This document shows, piece after piece, positions 19,956 to 30,499 of a stretch of 64,000 bases of DNA. Source of the stretch: Minisyncoccia bacterium (GTDB taxonomy: Bacteria > Patescibacteriota > Minisyncoccia > Phycocordibacterales > UBA9973); the NCBI GenBank assembly GCA_049317285.1, contig JBMOIO010000003.1, positions 25,003-89,002 of the forward strand, in the 5' to 3' direction. The notes under the pieces are model-generated. The model was not told the DNA's origin. It ran no database searches and was given only the letters and a program-made list of their open reading frames with translations. The translations under genes and the position numbers were made by a program. The number at the start of each line of letters is the position of its first letter. The first letter of the stretch is position 1.

Positions 19956-21629
19956 ATGTTACCATTTTGCCCGTGGGACGCTCCACAACTTTTCTTGATT
20001 TCAGAAAATACTCCGCCGTACCTTTTATATTCCCACGGTATTGCGTTGGTCTCGGCCCTCCTCTTTGGTATTCTTGTCTTTTATAAGAATAGAACGCTTC
20101 TTAACTCTATTCTCTTCTTCATCATCTCGGCTTTTTCGCTTTGGACACTGTTTGATTTGATGCAGTGGGCAACAAACCGTCCCGATGTACTCCTTTTTTT
20201 CTGGTCGGTAAACATTATTCTCGAGCTTCTGATTTATTCCGCGGCATTTTATTTGTGCTCTGTGTTTATACATAAACACGATCTTTCTGTAGGCAAAAAA
20301 ATACTGCTCTTCTCGCCGATTTTGCTGATGCTCGCGCTTTTACCGACACGCTTGCTACTCTCGGGTGTCGACATCGGGTACTGCAATGCAGTGGAAAGTC
20401 CACTTGTCATACTGTACACCTATGCGCTCCAAGCACTCATTATCCTCTCTATCTTCTTTTTTGCCGCTATAGCACTACAGAAAAAGACTTCTGTTGAAAA
20501 GAAGGAATCCTGGCTTTTTGTTGCTGGCATTATCGTTTTTTTGCTTGCCTTTTCTTCTGGAAATATCATCGGAAGCCTCACTGAGAACTGGGAACTTGCG
20601 CAGTACGGACTGTTCGGTATGCCGATATTTATCGGTTTCCTTGCATACTGTGTCGTTCGCTATCGAAGTTTTAATGTAAAAATGCTCGGAGTTCAGGCGC
20701 TGGTGTCGGGGTTGGCAGTACTCGTTTTGTCGCTCTTGTTTGTCCGGACGATTGAACGTGTTCAGATTATTACAGCGTTCACGTTTGTGATTGTGTGCGG
20801 CGTTGGATACGCGTTAGTGCGAAGCGTTAAAAAAGAAATCGAGCAGCGCGAGCAGGTGGAAATACTTGCTCAAAAACTTGAAGTGTCGAACGAAAAACTG
20901 CAGAGTCTCGACAAGCTCAAGACTGAATTCCTTTCGCTCGCATCTCACCAGTTGCGCAGCCCGCTGACGGCTATCAAAGGATACGCCTCAATGCTTGCCG
21001 AAGGCGCGTTTGGAAAAATGACAGCAAAGCAAGATGAAGGGGTGAAGCGTATTTACTCTTCTGCACAAGGGCTTGTCAACATTGTTGAAGACCTATTGAA
21101 TGTTTCAAAGATTGAACAAGGTGGCATGAAGTACGAGCTTCAACCAACTGACCTTACACCTATCGTCACTGCGCTCTACAACGAAATGAAGATCCCTGCT
21201 GAAGCAAAAGGGCTTGTATTCACACTCGACATTCCGAACCACGATGTGTTTATGGCGATTGTCGACCCGCTAAAGATCAAGCAGGTATTCCTCAACCTTA
21301 CCGACAACAGTATCAAATACACGCCTAGTGGCTTTGTAAAACTTTTCCTTTCGCGCAAAGATGATACAATCCTTTTCTCTGTTGCTGATACAGGGGTTGG
21401 TATCACCCCTGAAACAAAGGAAAAATTATTTGAGAAGTTTAGCCGCGGCGAAGGCGGGAAGCTTAATACCGGAGGATCGGGCTTGGGATTATATCTTGCT
21501 CAGGAAATTACAAAAGCGCACAAAGGGCGGATTGTTATTGAAAGTGAAGGCGCGGGTAAGGGGGCAACCTTTATTGTAGAGCTTCCTGCTGCAGGTGCCC
21601 AAGTTGCACCGGACGTTATGCCAAGTTAA
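19956..21629 (+). CDS. Multi-TM sensor histidine kinase
   Basis: H-box SHQLRSPL, N-box NLTDNSIKYT, DTGVG, GSGLGL. Confidence 0.93.
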   Translation: MLPFCPWDAPQLFLISENTPPYLLYSHGIALVSALLFGILVFYKNRTLLNSILFFIISAFSLWTLFDLMQWATNRPDVLLFFWSVNIILELLIYSAAFYLCSVFIHKHDLSVGKKILLFSPILLMLALLPTRLLLSGVDIGYCNAVESPLVILYTYALQALIILSIFFFAAIALQKKTSVEKKESWLFVAGIIVFLLAFSSGNIIGSLTENWELAQYGLFGMPIFIGFLAYCVVRYRSFNVKMLGVQALVSGLAVLVLSLLFVRTIERVQIITAFTFVIVCGVGYALVRSVKKEIEQREQVEILAQKLEVSNEKLQSLDKLKTEFLSLASHQLRSPLTAIKGYASMLAEGAFGKMTAKQDEGVKRIYSSAQGLVNIVEDLLNVSKIEQGGMKYELQPTDLTPIVTALYNEMKIPAEAKGLVFTLDIPNHDVFMAIVDPLKIKQVFLNLTDNSIKYTPSGFVKLFLSRKDDTILFSVADTGVGITPETKEKLFEKFSRGEGGKLNTGGSGLGLYLAQEITKAHKGRIVIESEGAGKGATFIVELPAAGAQVAPDVMPS

Positions 21630-21643
21630 TATCTTTTAAAAGG

Positions 21644-21677
21644 AACAAAAAAACCGCTACAGCGGTTTTTTTTGTTT
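21644..21677. terminator. Bidirectional terminator
   Basis: A-tract CCGCT-AC-AGCGG T-tract between convergent genes. Confidence 0.8.
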
Positions 21678-23061
21678 ATTCCAGTACTGTGCCTTCGGCG
21701 GTGTCGAGCACTGTGTATCCGAGTGCTTCAATCTCGGTTCGAAGAGTATCCGAGAGCGCATAGTCCTTTTGTGCGCGAGCTTCGTCGCGCTTTAAAGCGA
21801 GTGCAAGCGCTTCTTCTGTTGGAGTAAACTTTTCTATATTCACAAGGTTTAATCCTAGCACGGTATCCAAGGCAAGCAGTGTTGCCCACTTGTCTTCTGC
21901 GCTCAGGAAAGTGTTTCCGAGTAGTTCCCATACAACAGCGAGTGCTTTCGCAGTATTGAGGTCATCTGCAAGTGCTTCGGTAAAAGCTACGAGTGAGTTG
22001 TCGTCAATAAGCCCAAGAGCGGACTGTGTAGAAGCGAACTTCTGCAGTTTCTTCAGCTGTGTATCAGCCACGAGCAATGATTCCCAGGTAAAATTTAATG
22101 GCTTGCGATAGCTCGTCTGCATACACAACAGGCGCATGGCAACAGGGTCAATATTATGCCCCTCAATATCCTGGAGGGTATAAAAGTTGTGCTTGCTCTT
22201 AGACATTTTCTCGCCATCAACGTTTAAAAATTCATGGTGCATCCAAAAGCGCACAAACTCCTGCCCGGTCGCGCATTCGCTTTGCGCGATTTCATTTTCG
22301 TGATGGACAGGGATATGGTCGATGCCTCCGGTATGGATATCAATCGTCTCCCCGAGGTATTTCATCGCCATGGCGGAGCACTCAATATGCCAGCCCGGAA
22401 AGCCTTCTCCTTCTATCTTGTTTGGGTTTGGCCAATGCATGGCATGGTCCGCAAATTTACCAACACACTTAAACCAGAGCGAAAAGTCAGCAGGGTTTCT
22501 TTTGTCAGGGTCGGTCACCACATCTGCGCGTACGCCATGCTCTTTCTCAGAGAGTTTTTGCCCAGAAAGCTTGCCGTATTCTGCGTCTTTTGATACATCA
22601 AAATAAATTGCTTCAGCAGTTTCGTATGCAAACCCTTTTGCCATAAGCACCTCGACGAGTTCAACCATTTCTTTAATATGATCAGTCGCTTTGGTCTCAT
22701 GGGTTGGGGGTAGGACATTCACCGACTCCATTGTTTTGTGGAAATAGTCAGTGTACAGGTTCGCAATATCCCACACGCTTTTGCCCTCACTTAAGGCTTT
22801 TGCTTCAAACTTGTCGTCACCTTGGTCGCTATCGTTGGTGAGATGCCCTACATCGGTGATGTTCATCACATGCGTCACGCTATAGCCTAAAAGGGTCAGT
22901 GTGCGCTTGAGAATATCGTCTCCGATATATTTGCGCATGTGGCCGATATGGGTGTAGTCGTACACCGTAGGCCCGCAGGCGTACAGAGTGACAATACCCT
23001 CGTTCAGTGGCGTAAATTCTTCTATAGAGCGGGTTTTAGTATTGTAGAGGGAGAGGTTCAT
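21676..23061 (-). CDS. cysS: Cysteine--tRNA ligase
   Basis: YACGPTVY, HIGH, PGWHIECSAM, HHENE, KMSKS. Confidence 0.98.
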   Translation of the reverse strand: MNLSLYNTKTRSIEEFTPLNEGIVTLYACGPTVYDYTHIGHMRKYIGDDILKRTLTLLGYSVTHVMNITDVGHLTNDSDQGDDKFEAKALSEGKSVWDIANLYTDYFHKTMESVNVLPPTHETKATDHIKEMVELVEVLMAKGFAYETAEAIYFDVSKDAEYGKLSGQKLSEKEHGVRADVVTDPDKRNPADFSLWFKCVGKFADHAMHWPNPNKIEGEGFPGWHIECSAMAMKYLGETIDIHTGGIDHIPVHHENEIAQSECATGQEFVRFWMHHEFLNVDGEKMSKSKHNFYTLQDIEGHNIDPVAMRLLCMQTSYRKPLNFTWESLLVADTQLKKLQKFASTQSALGLIDDNSLVAFTEALADDLNTAKALAVVWELLGNTFLSAEDKWATLLALDTVLGLNLVNIEKFTPTEEALALALKRDEARAQKDYALSDTLRTEIEALGYTVLDTAEGTVLE

Positions 23062-23065
23062 AGTA

Positions 23066-23971
23066 TTAGAGCCACTTGCGGTATTTGAAGAAAATAAACA
23101 TGACAAGCCCAGTGAGAGTCATTGCTCCCACGACAAAGAAAAAGTCAGACAGGTCGTTGATAAATACAAAGTTCATATTCATGCCAAATACACCAGTAAT
23201 CACTGAAAGCGGTAGCATCACGAAGGTTAAAATAGTAAACGTCTTCATGATGTCGTTGCTCTTGGTAGCTAAGAGCGAGTCGTTTGTTTGCTGGAGCTCT
23301 CCGAGGACTTCGCGATGGCTTTGCAACATACCGTCGACTTTGTTGAATTCAGAAGCGATTGCAGTAGCATAGTACGAATACTCAACGCCGAAGAATTGTT
23401 TGCTTGCCACCTCATATGATTTCAAAATATCAGTATGAAAACGGGTCGCTTGCTTGAAATCCAAAAGCTGTCGGCGGGTATAGGAGAGGATCTTCACCAT
23501 CTTTTCTTCCTGGCCATCAAAAATGCGGTGTTCAATATCGCGGATTTTTTTATGTGTATCTTCAAGGTCACCCAAACACTGCTTGTAAATTTGCTTCATC
23601 ATTGCTGCAAACAACATACCGCCATGGTGTTTGACTGTGTCTTGCAAACCGACTGTTTCAAACATCGAACTAAATTCGGTAATAGGAAGCACTTTTTCGT
23701 ACCGCACCGTGATGAGGAAATTTTTCCCGATGATAAAGTCAATTTCAAGGTCGTCTTCGATAACACTGTTTTGATTAATATCAGGGAAGTGAAGGATGAG
23801 GTAGATGAAATTGTCGTAGAGGTCAACTTTTGAGCGGAGCGAATTGGTGAACATTTCGTCGCCGACGAGGGTAGGGATGGAAAACTCTTCGCTGATGTGG
23901 ACTATCTCTTCTCGACTGGGGTTTTCGAGATCAACCCATATCAGTCCATGGTAGTTGTAGCGGGAAATCAT
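23066..23971 (-). CDS. corA: CorA-family divalent cation transporter
   Basis: WVDL.NP; C-terminal TMs with GVFGMN. Confidence 0.92.
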   Translation of the reverse strand: MISRYNYHGLIWVDLENPSREEIVHISEEFSIPTLVGDEMFTNSLRSKVDLYDNFIYLILHFPDINQNSVIEDDLEIDFIIGKNFLITVRYEKVLPITEFSSMFETVGLQDTVKHHGGMLFAAMMKQIYKQCLGDLEDTHKKIRDIEHRIFDGQEEKMVKILSYTRRQLLDFKQATRFHTDILKSYEVASKQFFGVEYSYYATAIASEFNKVDGMLQSHREVLGELQQTNDSLLATKSNDIMKTFTILTFVMLPLSVITGVFGMNMNFVFINDLSDFFFVVGAMTLTGLVMFIFFKYRKWL

Positions 23972-24022
23972 TGCATCAAGTGTATCATAAAGTTGTTATA
24001 ACAATATAGGGATTGTTCCTTC

Positions 24023-24253
24023 AAGAAGTCATATTCCTCGAAACCACACAATTTTTCTGGCTGTTGAATTATTCCAGCTCGCGCCAGTCGCGCTCCACTA
24101 GTCAGTTCTCGGAGCATGACTTCTTTCACTCACTTGCCTAACATGAGCGAGGAAAGGTGTGCTCTTTGAGCCGTCTAACGCAGGCTGTCTGAGCCGAGTT
24201 GGAGCGAATCAACAGCCAGAAATTACGCGACGGCGAGAAGAATACACCTTTTC
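24023..24253. repeat. Two inverted copies (B, C) of the dispersed element, each inside its own stem
   Basis: TTTCTGGCTGTTGA 24054-24067 versus TCAACAGCCAGAAA 24209-24222; copy C shares TCCAACTCGGCTCAGACAGCCT with copy A. Confidence 0.8.
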
Positions 24254-24315
24254 GAGGGAATAGTGGGTCTTAAAGTTGCATTTTTTAAGGCTTTCTGTAT
24301 AATAGGGGCTCATCT

Positions 24316-24672
24316 ATGGCAACTGCAAAAAAGGCTACAACTAAGGAAAATAAGGACGAATTCGCTGTTATCGCAACAGGTGGAAAGCAATACGCTGTAA
24401 AAGTGGGCGAAACTGTCACTATTGAGAAAATGAAGGACGAGCACAAAAAGGGCGACGTTGTTGTTTTCGACAAAGTTCTCCTTGTGGACAATGGTACTGA
24501 CACTACTATCGGTACTCCTGCAATCGCAGGCGCAACTGTTACTGGCGAAGTTGCTTCAGTAGGCCGCGCAAAGAAAGAAGTGGTTATCAAGTACAAGCAA
24601 AAGAGCCGCTACTTCAAGAAAAATGGCCACCGCCAGCCATACGTAAAAGTGACCATCACTGCAATCGCGTAA
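24316..24672 (+). CDS. rplU: 50S ribosomal protein L21
   Basis: AVIATGGKQYAV, KNGHRQPY. Confidence 0.97.
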   Translation: MATAKKATTKENKDEFAVIATGGKQYAVKVGETVTIEKMKDEHKKGDVVVFDKVLLVDNGTDTTIGTPAIAGATVTGEVASVGRAKKEVVIKYKQKSRYFKKNGHRQPYVKVTITAIA

Positions 24673-24684
24673 TCTCTCTACAGA

Positions 24685-24723
24685 ATAAAAAATCCCTAGG
24701 CAAGACCTAGGGATTTTTTATTC
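24685..24723. terminator. Bidirectional terminator
   Basis: AAAAATCCCTAGG-CAAGA-CCTAGGGATTTTT. Confidence 0.85.
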
Positions 24724-25335
24724 TCGTTTCTTTAATGATGCTGAAAGCGATGCCGGGTCTGCGTATTCGAGTTCGGCTCCTGTAGAGAGCCCTCGGCCCA
24801 AGCTCGTGATGGAAATACCGCTCGGCAAGGTCGGTGCAAGAATTTCGCGCACTGCTTGGTCGGTGTGGTCGCCGTTTGGCGTAAGAGGGAAGGCGAGGAT
24901 AAGTTCTTTCAATACCTCTTTTTCTGTTTCTATACGCGTTTGGAGGTATGCGATATGTGTTCCTTCGACAATGTTTTTCTGAATGATAGGAATCAGTCCG
25001 CCGAGGACAAAAAAGAGTCCTTTATAATCCGTGCGGGCAAAGGCTTCAATGTCTTGGCCTTTTTCAACTACGACAATGGTGCTTTGGTCGCGGCGTTCAT
25101 CACTGCAGATAGTACAGAGACCTGGAATTTCTGCCGTATTCGCTTCAAAAATGCGCAAGCACTTTGCGCAGGTATGTGCACTGGCACGAGCTGTCGTGAG
25201 GGCTACTGCAAGACTCTGCACATAGCTTGTTTGTTGGGCGAGTATAAAGTACGCAAAGCGCTTTGCTTGGCGTTCACCGATGCCAGGGAACCTGACAAAG
25301 AGTTTTACTAACCGTTCAATAGAATCATTTTGCAT
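24718..25335 (-). CDS. recR: Recombination mediator RecR
   Basis: FPGIGERQAKR HhH, C4 zinc finger, Toprim VVE, GAELEYAD. Confidence 0.96.
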   Translation of the reverse strand: MQNDSIERLVKLFVRFPGIGERQAKRFAYFILAQQTSYVQSLAVALTTARASAHTCAKCLRIFEANTAEIPGLCTICSDERRDQSTIVVVEKGQDIEAFARTDYKGLFFVLGGLIPIIQKNIVEGTHIAYLQTRIETEKEVLKELILAFPLTPNGDHTDQAVREILAPTLPSGISITSLGRGLSTGAELEYADPASLSASLKKRE

Positions 25336-25346
25336 ACAAAAATTAT

Positions 25347-26750
25347 TTAGAAGTCATCAAGCGACTTTGCTTTAACAGGAACAAAGTTCTTATCCATGGA
25401 AAGGAAAGTAGTGGTCTTTGGATCGAACATGAGGTCGATTTTGCCCACCGCACCGTTTCGGTGCTTTTCAATCAAAATTTCTGTCACATTACTTCGCTCC
25501 GCATGGTCTTTAAAGCGGTCTTCATTGTGGATGAAAATAACCAAGTCGGCGTCTTGCTCAATGGAACCTGAGTCGCGAAGGTCGGAGAGGCGAGGTTTGC
25601 CACCACGGGATTCCACCGCACGAGAGAGCTGTGAGAGTGCAAGCACAGGCACGTCGAGCTCGCGTGCAAGCCCTTTCAATGAACGCGAGATTTCAGTCAC
25701 TTGGTTTACCATACTGTCATAGTTTTTGCTTGTCGTCATGAGCTGAAGGTAGTCGACCACAATGAGGCCGAGGCCGTGCTCACTCTTGAGCCTGCGGGCA
25801 ACAGAGCGCATTTTCACGATAGAGTTTCCGGCCTGGTCATCGATATAGATTGGTGCTTTTTGCAGTCGACTTGCCGCTTCTTGAAGGGTGGTGAAGTGAG
25901 TCGTGGAAAGGCCGTGTCCGGTACGGATGCTCCATGCGTCTACACGGCTCTCGGCCGAGAGCATGCGCTGTACCAGCTGGTTTGCACTCATTTCAAGAGA
26001 GAAGATGCCGACTGGCGTTCCTCCAAGAGCGGCGTTTCTGGCAATGTCGAGCGCGAAGGTGGTTTTACCCATACCCGGGCGCGCTGCGAGAATGATGAGG
26101 TCAGACTTTTGAAGGCCTGCGAGCATGTTGTCGAGATCACTAAAGCCAGTAGGGACACCGCGCACTTCATCTTTATGTTCGCGAAGGTGCTCGATCTGCT
26201 CCCATGTTTCAATCAACGACTGCTTGATTGAAGTGAAGGCATTTTTAGTATTGATACTTGAGGTCACCCGGAAGATGCTTTTTTCTGCCATGTCGATAAC
26301 ATCTGCGACATCCATATCATTTTGCTCGTACGCCATACTTGCGATTGCTTCGCCGGAATCGATGAGTGCACGAAGGATGAATTTTTTGTACACAATGTCG
26401 CCGTAATGGCGAATGTTCACGGTAGACGGCACATTGGACATCAATTCATTGAGGTATGCATTGCCGCCGATTTCGTTGAGACACTTTTTTTCTTTGAGGC
26501 GGTTTGCCACAGAGAGCACATCAATCGGCTCGTTTTTATTTGAGAGGTCGAGGATAGTGCGAAATACGAGCGTGTGCTTTTTTGCATAAAACATTTCCGG
26601 GATAAGGAGATCGATAATGTCATGGATTGCAGCCGGGCGAAGCATAAGTGCTCCGAGCACCGCTTGCTCAGCGTCGAGGTCGTGGGGCGGGATGCGGAGG
26701 TTTGCGATACTCTCCGAAATCTTATTTCCTGTAACAGTAGGCTTGTTCAT
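25347..26750 (-). CDS. dnaB: Replicative DNA helicase
   Basis: PPHDLDAEQAVLG, AARPGMGKT, DYLQLM, DLRDSGSIEQDAD; no intein. Confidence 0.98.
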   Translation of the reverse strand: MNKPTVTGNKISESIANLRIPPHDLDAEQAVLGALMLRPAAIHDIIDLLIPEMFYAKKHTLVFRTILDLSNKNEPIDVLSVANRLKEKKCLNEIGGNAYLNELMSNVPSTVNIRHYGDIVYKKFILRALIDSGEAIASMAYEQNDMDVADVIDMAEKSIFRVTSSINTKNAFTSIKQSLIETWEQIEHLREHKDEVRGVPTGFSDLDNMLAGLQKSDLIILAARPGMGKTTFALDIARNAALGGTPVGIFSLEMSANQLVQRMLSAESRVDAWSIRTGHGLSTTHFTTLQEAASRLQKAPIYIDDQAGNSIVKMRSVARRLKSEHGLGLIVVDYLQLMTTSKNYDSMVNQVTEISRSLKGLARELDVPVLALSQLSRAVESRGGKPRLSDLRDSGSIEQDADLVIFIHNEDRFKDHAERSNVTEILIEKHRNGAVGKIDLMFDPKTTTFLSMDKNFVPVKAKSLDDF

Positions 26751-26846
26751 AGGGTTTATTGTAACACCCTAAGCCACTCTTTAGACAATGGTGTCGTAAT
26801 ACCCACTTTATTTCCAAACGAGTCTTATTTTTGATATGATATCCCC

Positions 26847-27830
26847 ATGTCTTCCCCAACTATCACAGGCGAAAAAAAGCGCCTTGTCTCAGGAGTAAAA
26901 CCGACAGGACGCCCGCACATCGGCAACTACTTTGGCGCAATGAAGCAATTTGTGGACCTTCAAGAAACACACGAAGCGTTCATTTTTATTGCAGACCTCC
27001 ATGCGCTCAACTTCATCCAGGATGCCGAAGCGATGCGTGCGCTTTCGTATGACTTGGTATTGGACTATTTGGCAATTGGTCTCGATCCGAAAAAAGTAAC
27101 ACTCTTTAAACAGTCTTCAGTGCCGGCACATGCAAACCTTGCCTGGATATTTGATACGCTCGTAACGGTGCCCTTTATGATGCGCGCACATGCGTACAAA
27201 GATGCGGTGGCAAAAGAGCTAGAGCCGAGCATGGGCCTCTTTAATTACCCAGTACTTATGGCGGCAGATATTTTGCTCTATGACCCGGCAGTGGTGCCAG
27301 TCGGGCAAGATCAAAAACAACATGTTGAATACGCGCGCGATATAGCAGGGAAGTTCAACCATATTTATGGAGAGCATTTCACACTCCCCAACGAAATGAT
27401 TTTGGAAACAACCGGCATCATTCCAGGAACTGACGGACGCAAGATGTCGAAAAGCTACGGCAACACGATTCCTTTGTTTGCGAGCGATGAGGAAATCACA
27501 AAAGTGGTGATGAGTATTGCAACAGACTCGCGCGGTCGCGACGAGGAAAAGAATCCTGATGAATTGGTGCTTTACCAGATTCACAAGTATTTTAATGATT
27601 CCGCTGACCTGAAAGCTCAGTACGCAAAAGGCTTGGGCTATGGCGATGCAAAGAAGATGCTCATCAACGATATTATTTCCTTTGTCACTCCTTTGCGTGC
27701 GCGCCGAAAAGAATTTGAAAACAATCCGGAGCTTGTGCGAGATATCATGATCAATGGCGCCATGCGCGCAAACGATATTGCGATGAAGAAATTATTTGCT
27801 GTATACGAAGCAGTAGGGTTAACGAGTTAA
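26847..27830 (+). CDS. trpS: Tryptophan--tRNA ligase
   Basis: SGVKPTGRPHIGNY, YPVLMAADIL, VPVGQDQ, KMSKS. Confidence 0.98.
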   Translation: MSSPTITGEKKRLVSGVKPTGRPHIGNYFGAMKQFVDLQETHEAFIFIADLHALNFIQDAEAMRALSYDLVLDYLAIGLDPKKVTLFKQSSVPAHANLAWIFDTLVTVPFMMRAHAYKDAVAKELEPSMGLFNYPVLMAADILLYDPAVVPVGQDQKQHVEYARDIAGKFNHIYGEHFTLPNEMILETTGIIPGTDGRKMSKSYGNTIPLFASDEEITKVVMSIATDSRGRDEEKNPDELVLYQIHKYFNDSADLKAQYAKGLGYGDAKKMLINDIISFVTPLRARRKEFENNPELVRDIMINGAMRANDIAMKKLFAVYEAVGLTS

Positions 27831-27831
27831 T

Positions 27832-29628
27832 ATGGTGAAAAAAAGTTTCTTTATACGAATAGTCTATTTCTTTAAGCCCTTTTGGAAATATTTCATCATG
27901 ACAGGATTGTTGCTGGTAGTTATCCAGTCATTTGGTGCTATTACCCCTTATTTGTTTGGGAAGGGGGTAGATGCTATTACTGCAGGCAATGTTCGACTAA
28001 CGTTTATTTTTCTTATTATATCGTTTGTTATCACTATTTTGCAGCAGCAAGTATTTTGGTATTTAAAGGAATATATAGATGTTAAGCGCTTAGACACAAA
28101 TATTGATAAGGCGCTCTCACTTGTTTCTCTGCGTCGCATGCTTCAGTTTTCAATTGGACAGCATATCAATGAGCACTCCGGGGTGAAGCAGACGATAGTG
28201 AACAAGGGGCAAAATGCGCTTACGAGTTTGGTTGATAATTTTATTTACATCCTTCTCCAAAACGGTATTCAAATTCTTGTAACACTAATAATCTTAGCAG
28301 TGTTTGACTGGCGCTTGGCAGCGGTCGCACTTGTATTTATATTGATACATATTTTAGTTTCAAACAAAAGAAACAAAACGTTCTTTCCTAAAATAGACGA
28401 AGTACGAAAGAAAAATCAAGCGCAATCGAAACTCGGCTCAGAACTGTATCGTAATTCGACATTGGTTATTGCAGAATCCCAAGAAGATAAAACGGTGGCT
28501 GATTTTGATACTGCGTATAGCGGCGTTACGGACTTCACCATCAAAGTATGGTTAAAGTACATAAACGCTTATTACGGACAGAAATTCACTATTATTATAG
28601 GGAGGTATATGGTACTTGGTCTCGGAGTATATTTTATTTTAATGGGGAATCATTCGGCCGGTATGTTTGTAGCGCTTTTTGCTTGGACGGGTTCTATTTT
28701 TGATAATCTCAATCAACTGATGAACTATCAGCGTTCTGTGATGTTTCAAGTGGTGGAGATTAAAAAATATTTTGAACTGTTAGATATTGCGCCGGATATT
28801 GACCCGAACATTGGCGGGAAAACAATTCCTGAACTGAAGGGAACAATAGAGTTTAAAAATGTGAGCTTTGCATATCCATACCGAAAAAGTGCTCAGGAAA
28901 TAGATGAAGAGAGTACAGAAGAGAAGGAGCAGGCGCACACCATTACCGACATTAACTTTAGTATTCCTGCAGGATCAAAAGTTGGATTTGTAGGAGTTTC
29001 TGGTTCAGGTAAAACAACAATGGTAAATCTTATGCGCCGATATTACGATACGACAAGCGGGGACATATTAATCGACGGAGTACCATTGAAAGAACTTGAT
29101 TTGCACTGGCTTCGATCTCAAATAGGGAATGTCGAGCAAAAGATAGACCTCTTTGACCGAAGTGTCAGAGAAAACATTTTATTTGGATTACCCCATGATG
29201 CCAAAGTACCTGAAGAAAAGCTACAAAAGGCAGTGACTGATGCGTCGCTCGATGAATTTATTGAAAAACTAAAAGACCATGGTCTTGATACTGTCATTGG
29301 CGAAGGGGGAGTGAAAGTCTCCGGTGGCGAGCGCCAGCGTATTGGTATTGCGCGTGCACTCATCAAAGACCCAAAGATTCTTATTTTTGATGAAGCAACA
29401 AGTGCGCTCGACTCTATTAACGAAAAGCTTATTCATGACGCCATCAACAAAAGTGCCAAGGGGAGAACGACCATTATCATTGCACACCGCCTTTCAACAG
29501 TGGCTGATGCTGATATTATTTTTGTGGTGAAGGAGGGAAAGATTGTGGACCACGGAACTCACGCAGTACTTGAAAAGAAGTCTAAAGAATATCAGCGCCT
29601 GATTAAGAATCAAGTACTGATGGCATAG
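27832..29628 (+). CDS. ABC exporter, fused permease/ATPase
   Basis: GVSGSGKTT, VSGGERQR, FDEATSALD. Confidence 0.93.
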   Translation: MVKKSFFIRIVYFFKPFWKYFIMTGLLLVVIQSFGAITPYLFGKGVDAITAGNVRLTFIFLIISFVITILQQQVFWYLKEYIDVKRLDTNIDKALSLVSLRRMLQFSIGQHINEHSGVKQTIVNKGQNALTSLVDNFIYILLQNGIQILVTLIILAVFDWRLAAVALVFILIHILVSNKRNKTFFPKIDEVRKKNQAQSKLGSELYRNSTLVIAESQEDKTVADFDTAYSGVTDFTIKVWLKYINAYYGQKFTIIIGRYMVLGLGVYFILMGNHSAGMFVALFAWTGSIFDNLNQLMNYQRSVMFQVVEIKKYFELLDIAPDIDPNIGGKTIPELKGTIEFKNVSFAYPYRKSAQEIDEESTEEKEQAHTITDINFSIPAGSKVGFVGVSGSGKTTMVNLMRRYYDTTSGDILIDGVPLKELDLHWLRSQIGNVEQKIDLFDRSVRENILFGLPHDAKVPEEKLQKAVTDASLDEFIEKLKDHGLDTVIGEGGVKVSGGERQRIGIARALIKDPKILIFDEATSALDSINEKLIHDAINKSAKGRTTIIIAHRLSTVADADIIFVVKEGKIVDHGTHAVLEKKSKEYQRLIKNQVLMA

Positions 29629-29685
29629 TATTGATTTATTCTAAAATCGTGCTATAGTGAACAAAATTCACTTTAACAGAGCGAC

Positions 29686-30150
29686 ATGATAAAAGAACTT
29701 CTTAAAAAACACGTTTTAGAAAATGGTGTTTTGCTTCACCGAAGCCCGAGGCAACTTACTGAAATAAAGCCTTTTTTCACTGATGACGAATTTGCTGTGT
29801 GCGCCACCCAGCATCCCGAAATTGCAATTTATATGGCAATTGTACGTGCCTGCAAACCTGAAACATTTTCCTTCAATGTTTTTAAAAGGGACCGCAATTG
29901 TAAAGCAACTCTCAGACTGTGCGAAGAAGCACTTGAGTATCTTATGAATAATACTGTCACTGGGTATGTCTATTTATTGGACGCAACACCGTTTAAGCAG
30001 TACAAGCCATCTGAGTACAGGGCGTACGAGTCATTGTATGCACAACAGAGGTTTATTGTGACAAAAGAGCATTTGCCGTTTTTTCCCACACCGGGACAGC
30101 TGCACTATGATATTCATTTAGACCATTGTGTTGCTCAGGCCCTTAATTAA
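29686..30150 (+). CDS. Hypothetical protein, possible ADP-ribosyltransferase-like fold
   Basis: LLHRS...VCAT...GYVY...SEY pattern; own promoter and terminator. Confidence 0.55.
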   Translation: MIKELLKKHVLENGVLLHRSPRQLTEIKPFFTDDEFAVCATQHPEIAIYMAIVRACKPETFSFNVFKRDRNCKATLRLCEEALEYLMNNTVTGYVYLLDATPFKQYKPSEYRAYESLYAQQRFIVTKEHLPFFPTPGQLHYDIHLDHCVAQALN

Positions 30151-30223
30151 ACTAAGCCCGGAACTATTCCGGGCTTTTTTATTTTCCTTAAATACTATAT
30201 CCTTAAAATAAAACCCCTCGACT

Positions 30224-30499
30224 ATGAAAACAGCTGTGCATTATGCGAAGACGCTTCCAACAGTTGGAGGAGTCATCTATGTACCCCCGGTTCATCATGT
30301 AAAAGTAGATGACCATCGAACGGGCGGTAAAGTAACGGTGAGAAGAATTGAAGCGGGAGAAAACGGCAACGGACCCACCCACTTCATCATCGTTGAAGAA
30401 TTTCCTCAGAGAATATATCAATACGATTGGTATTATATTTCTCGAAAGCAAGACTATTACAAAGAACTCTATGGCGACACTTTTGCCTGTTTTGAGTAA
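30224..30499 (+). CDS. Hypothetical protein
   Basis: 91-aa ORF between two terminators. Confidence 0.65.
   Translation: MKTAVHYAKTLPTVGGVIYVPPVHHVKVDDHRTGGKVTVRRIEAGENGNGPTHFIIVEEFPQRIYQYDWYYISRKQDYYKELYGDTFACFE

Noticed and set aside
24140-24260. RNase P RNA, suggested by GAGGAAAG
   Set aside because: Lacks the following UCC and the 3' P4 consensus; the region is explained by the repeat element
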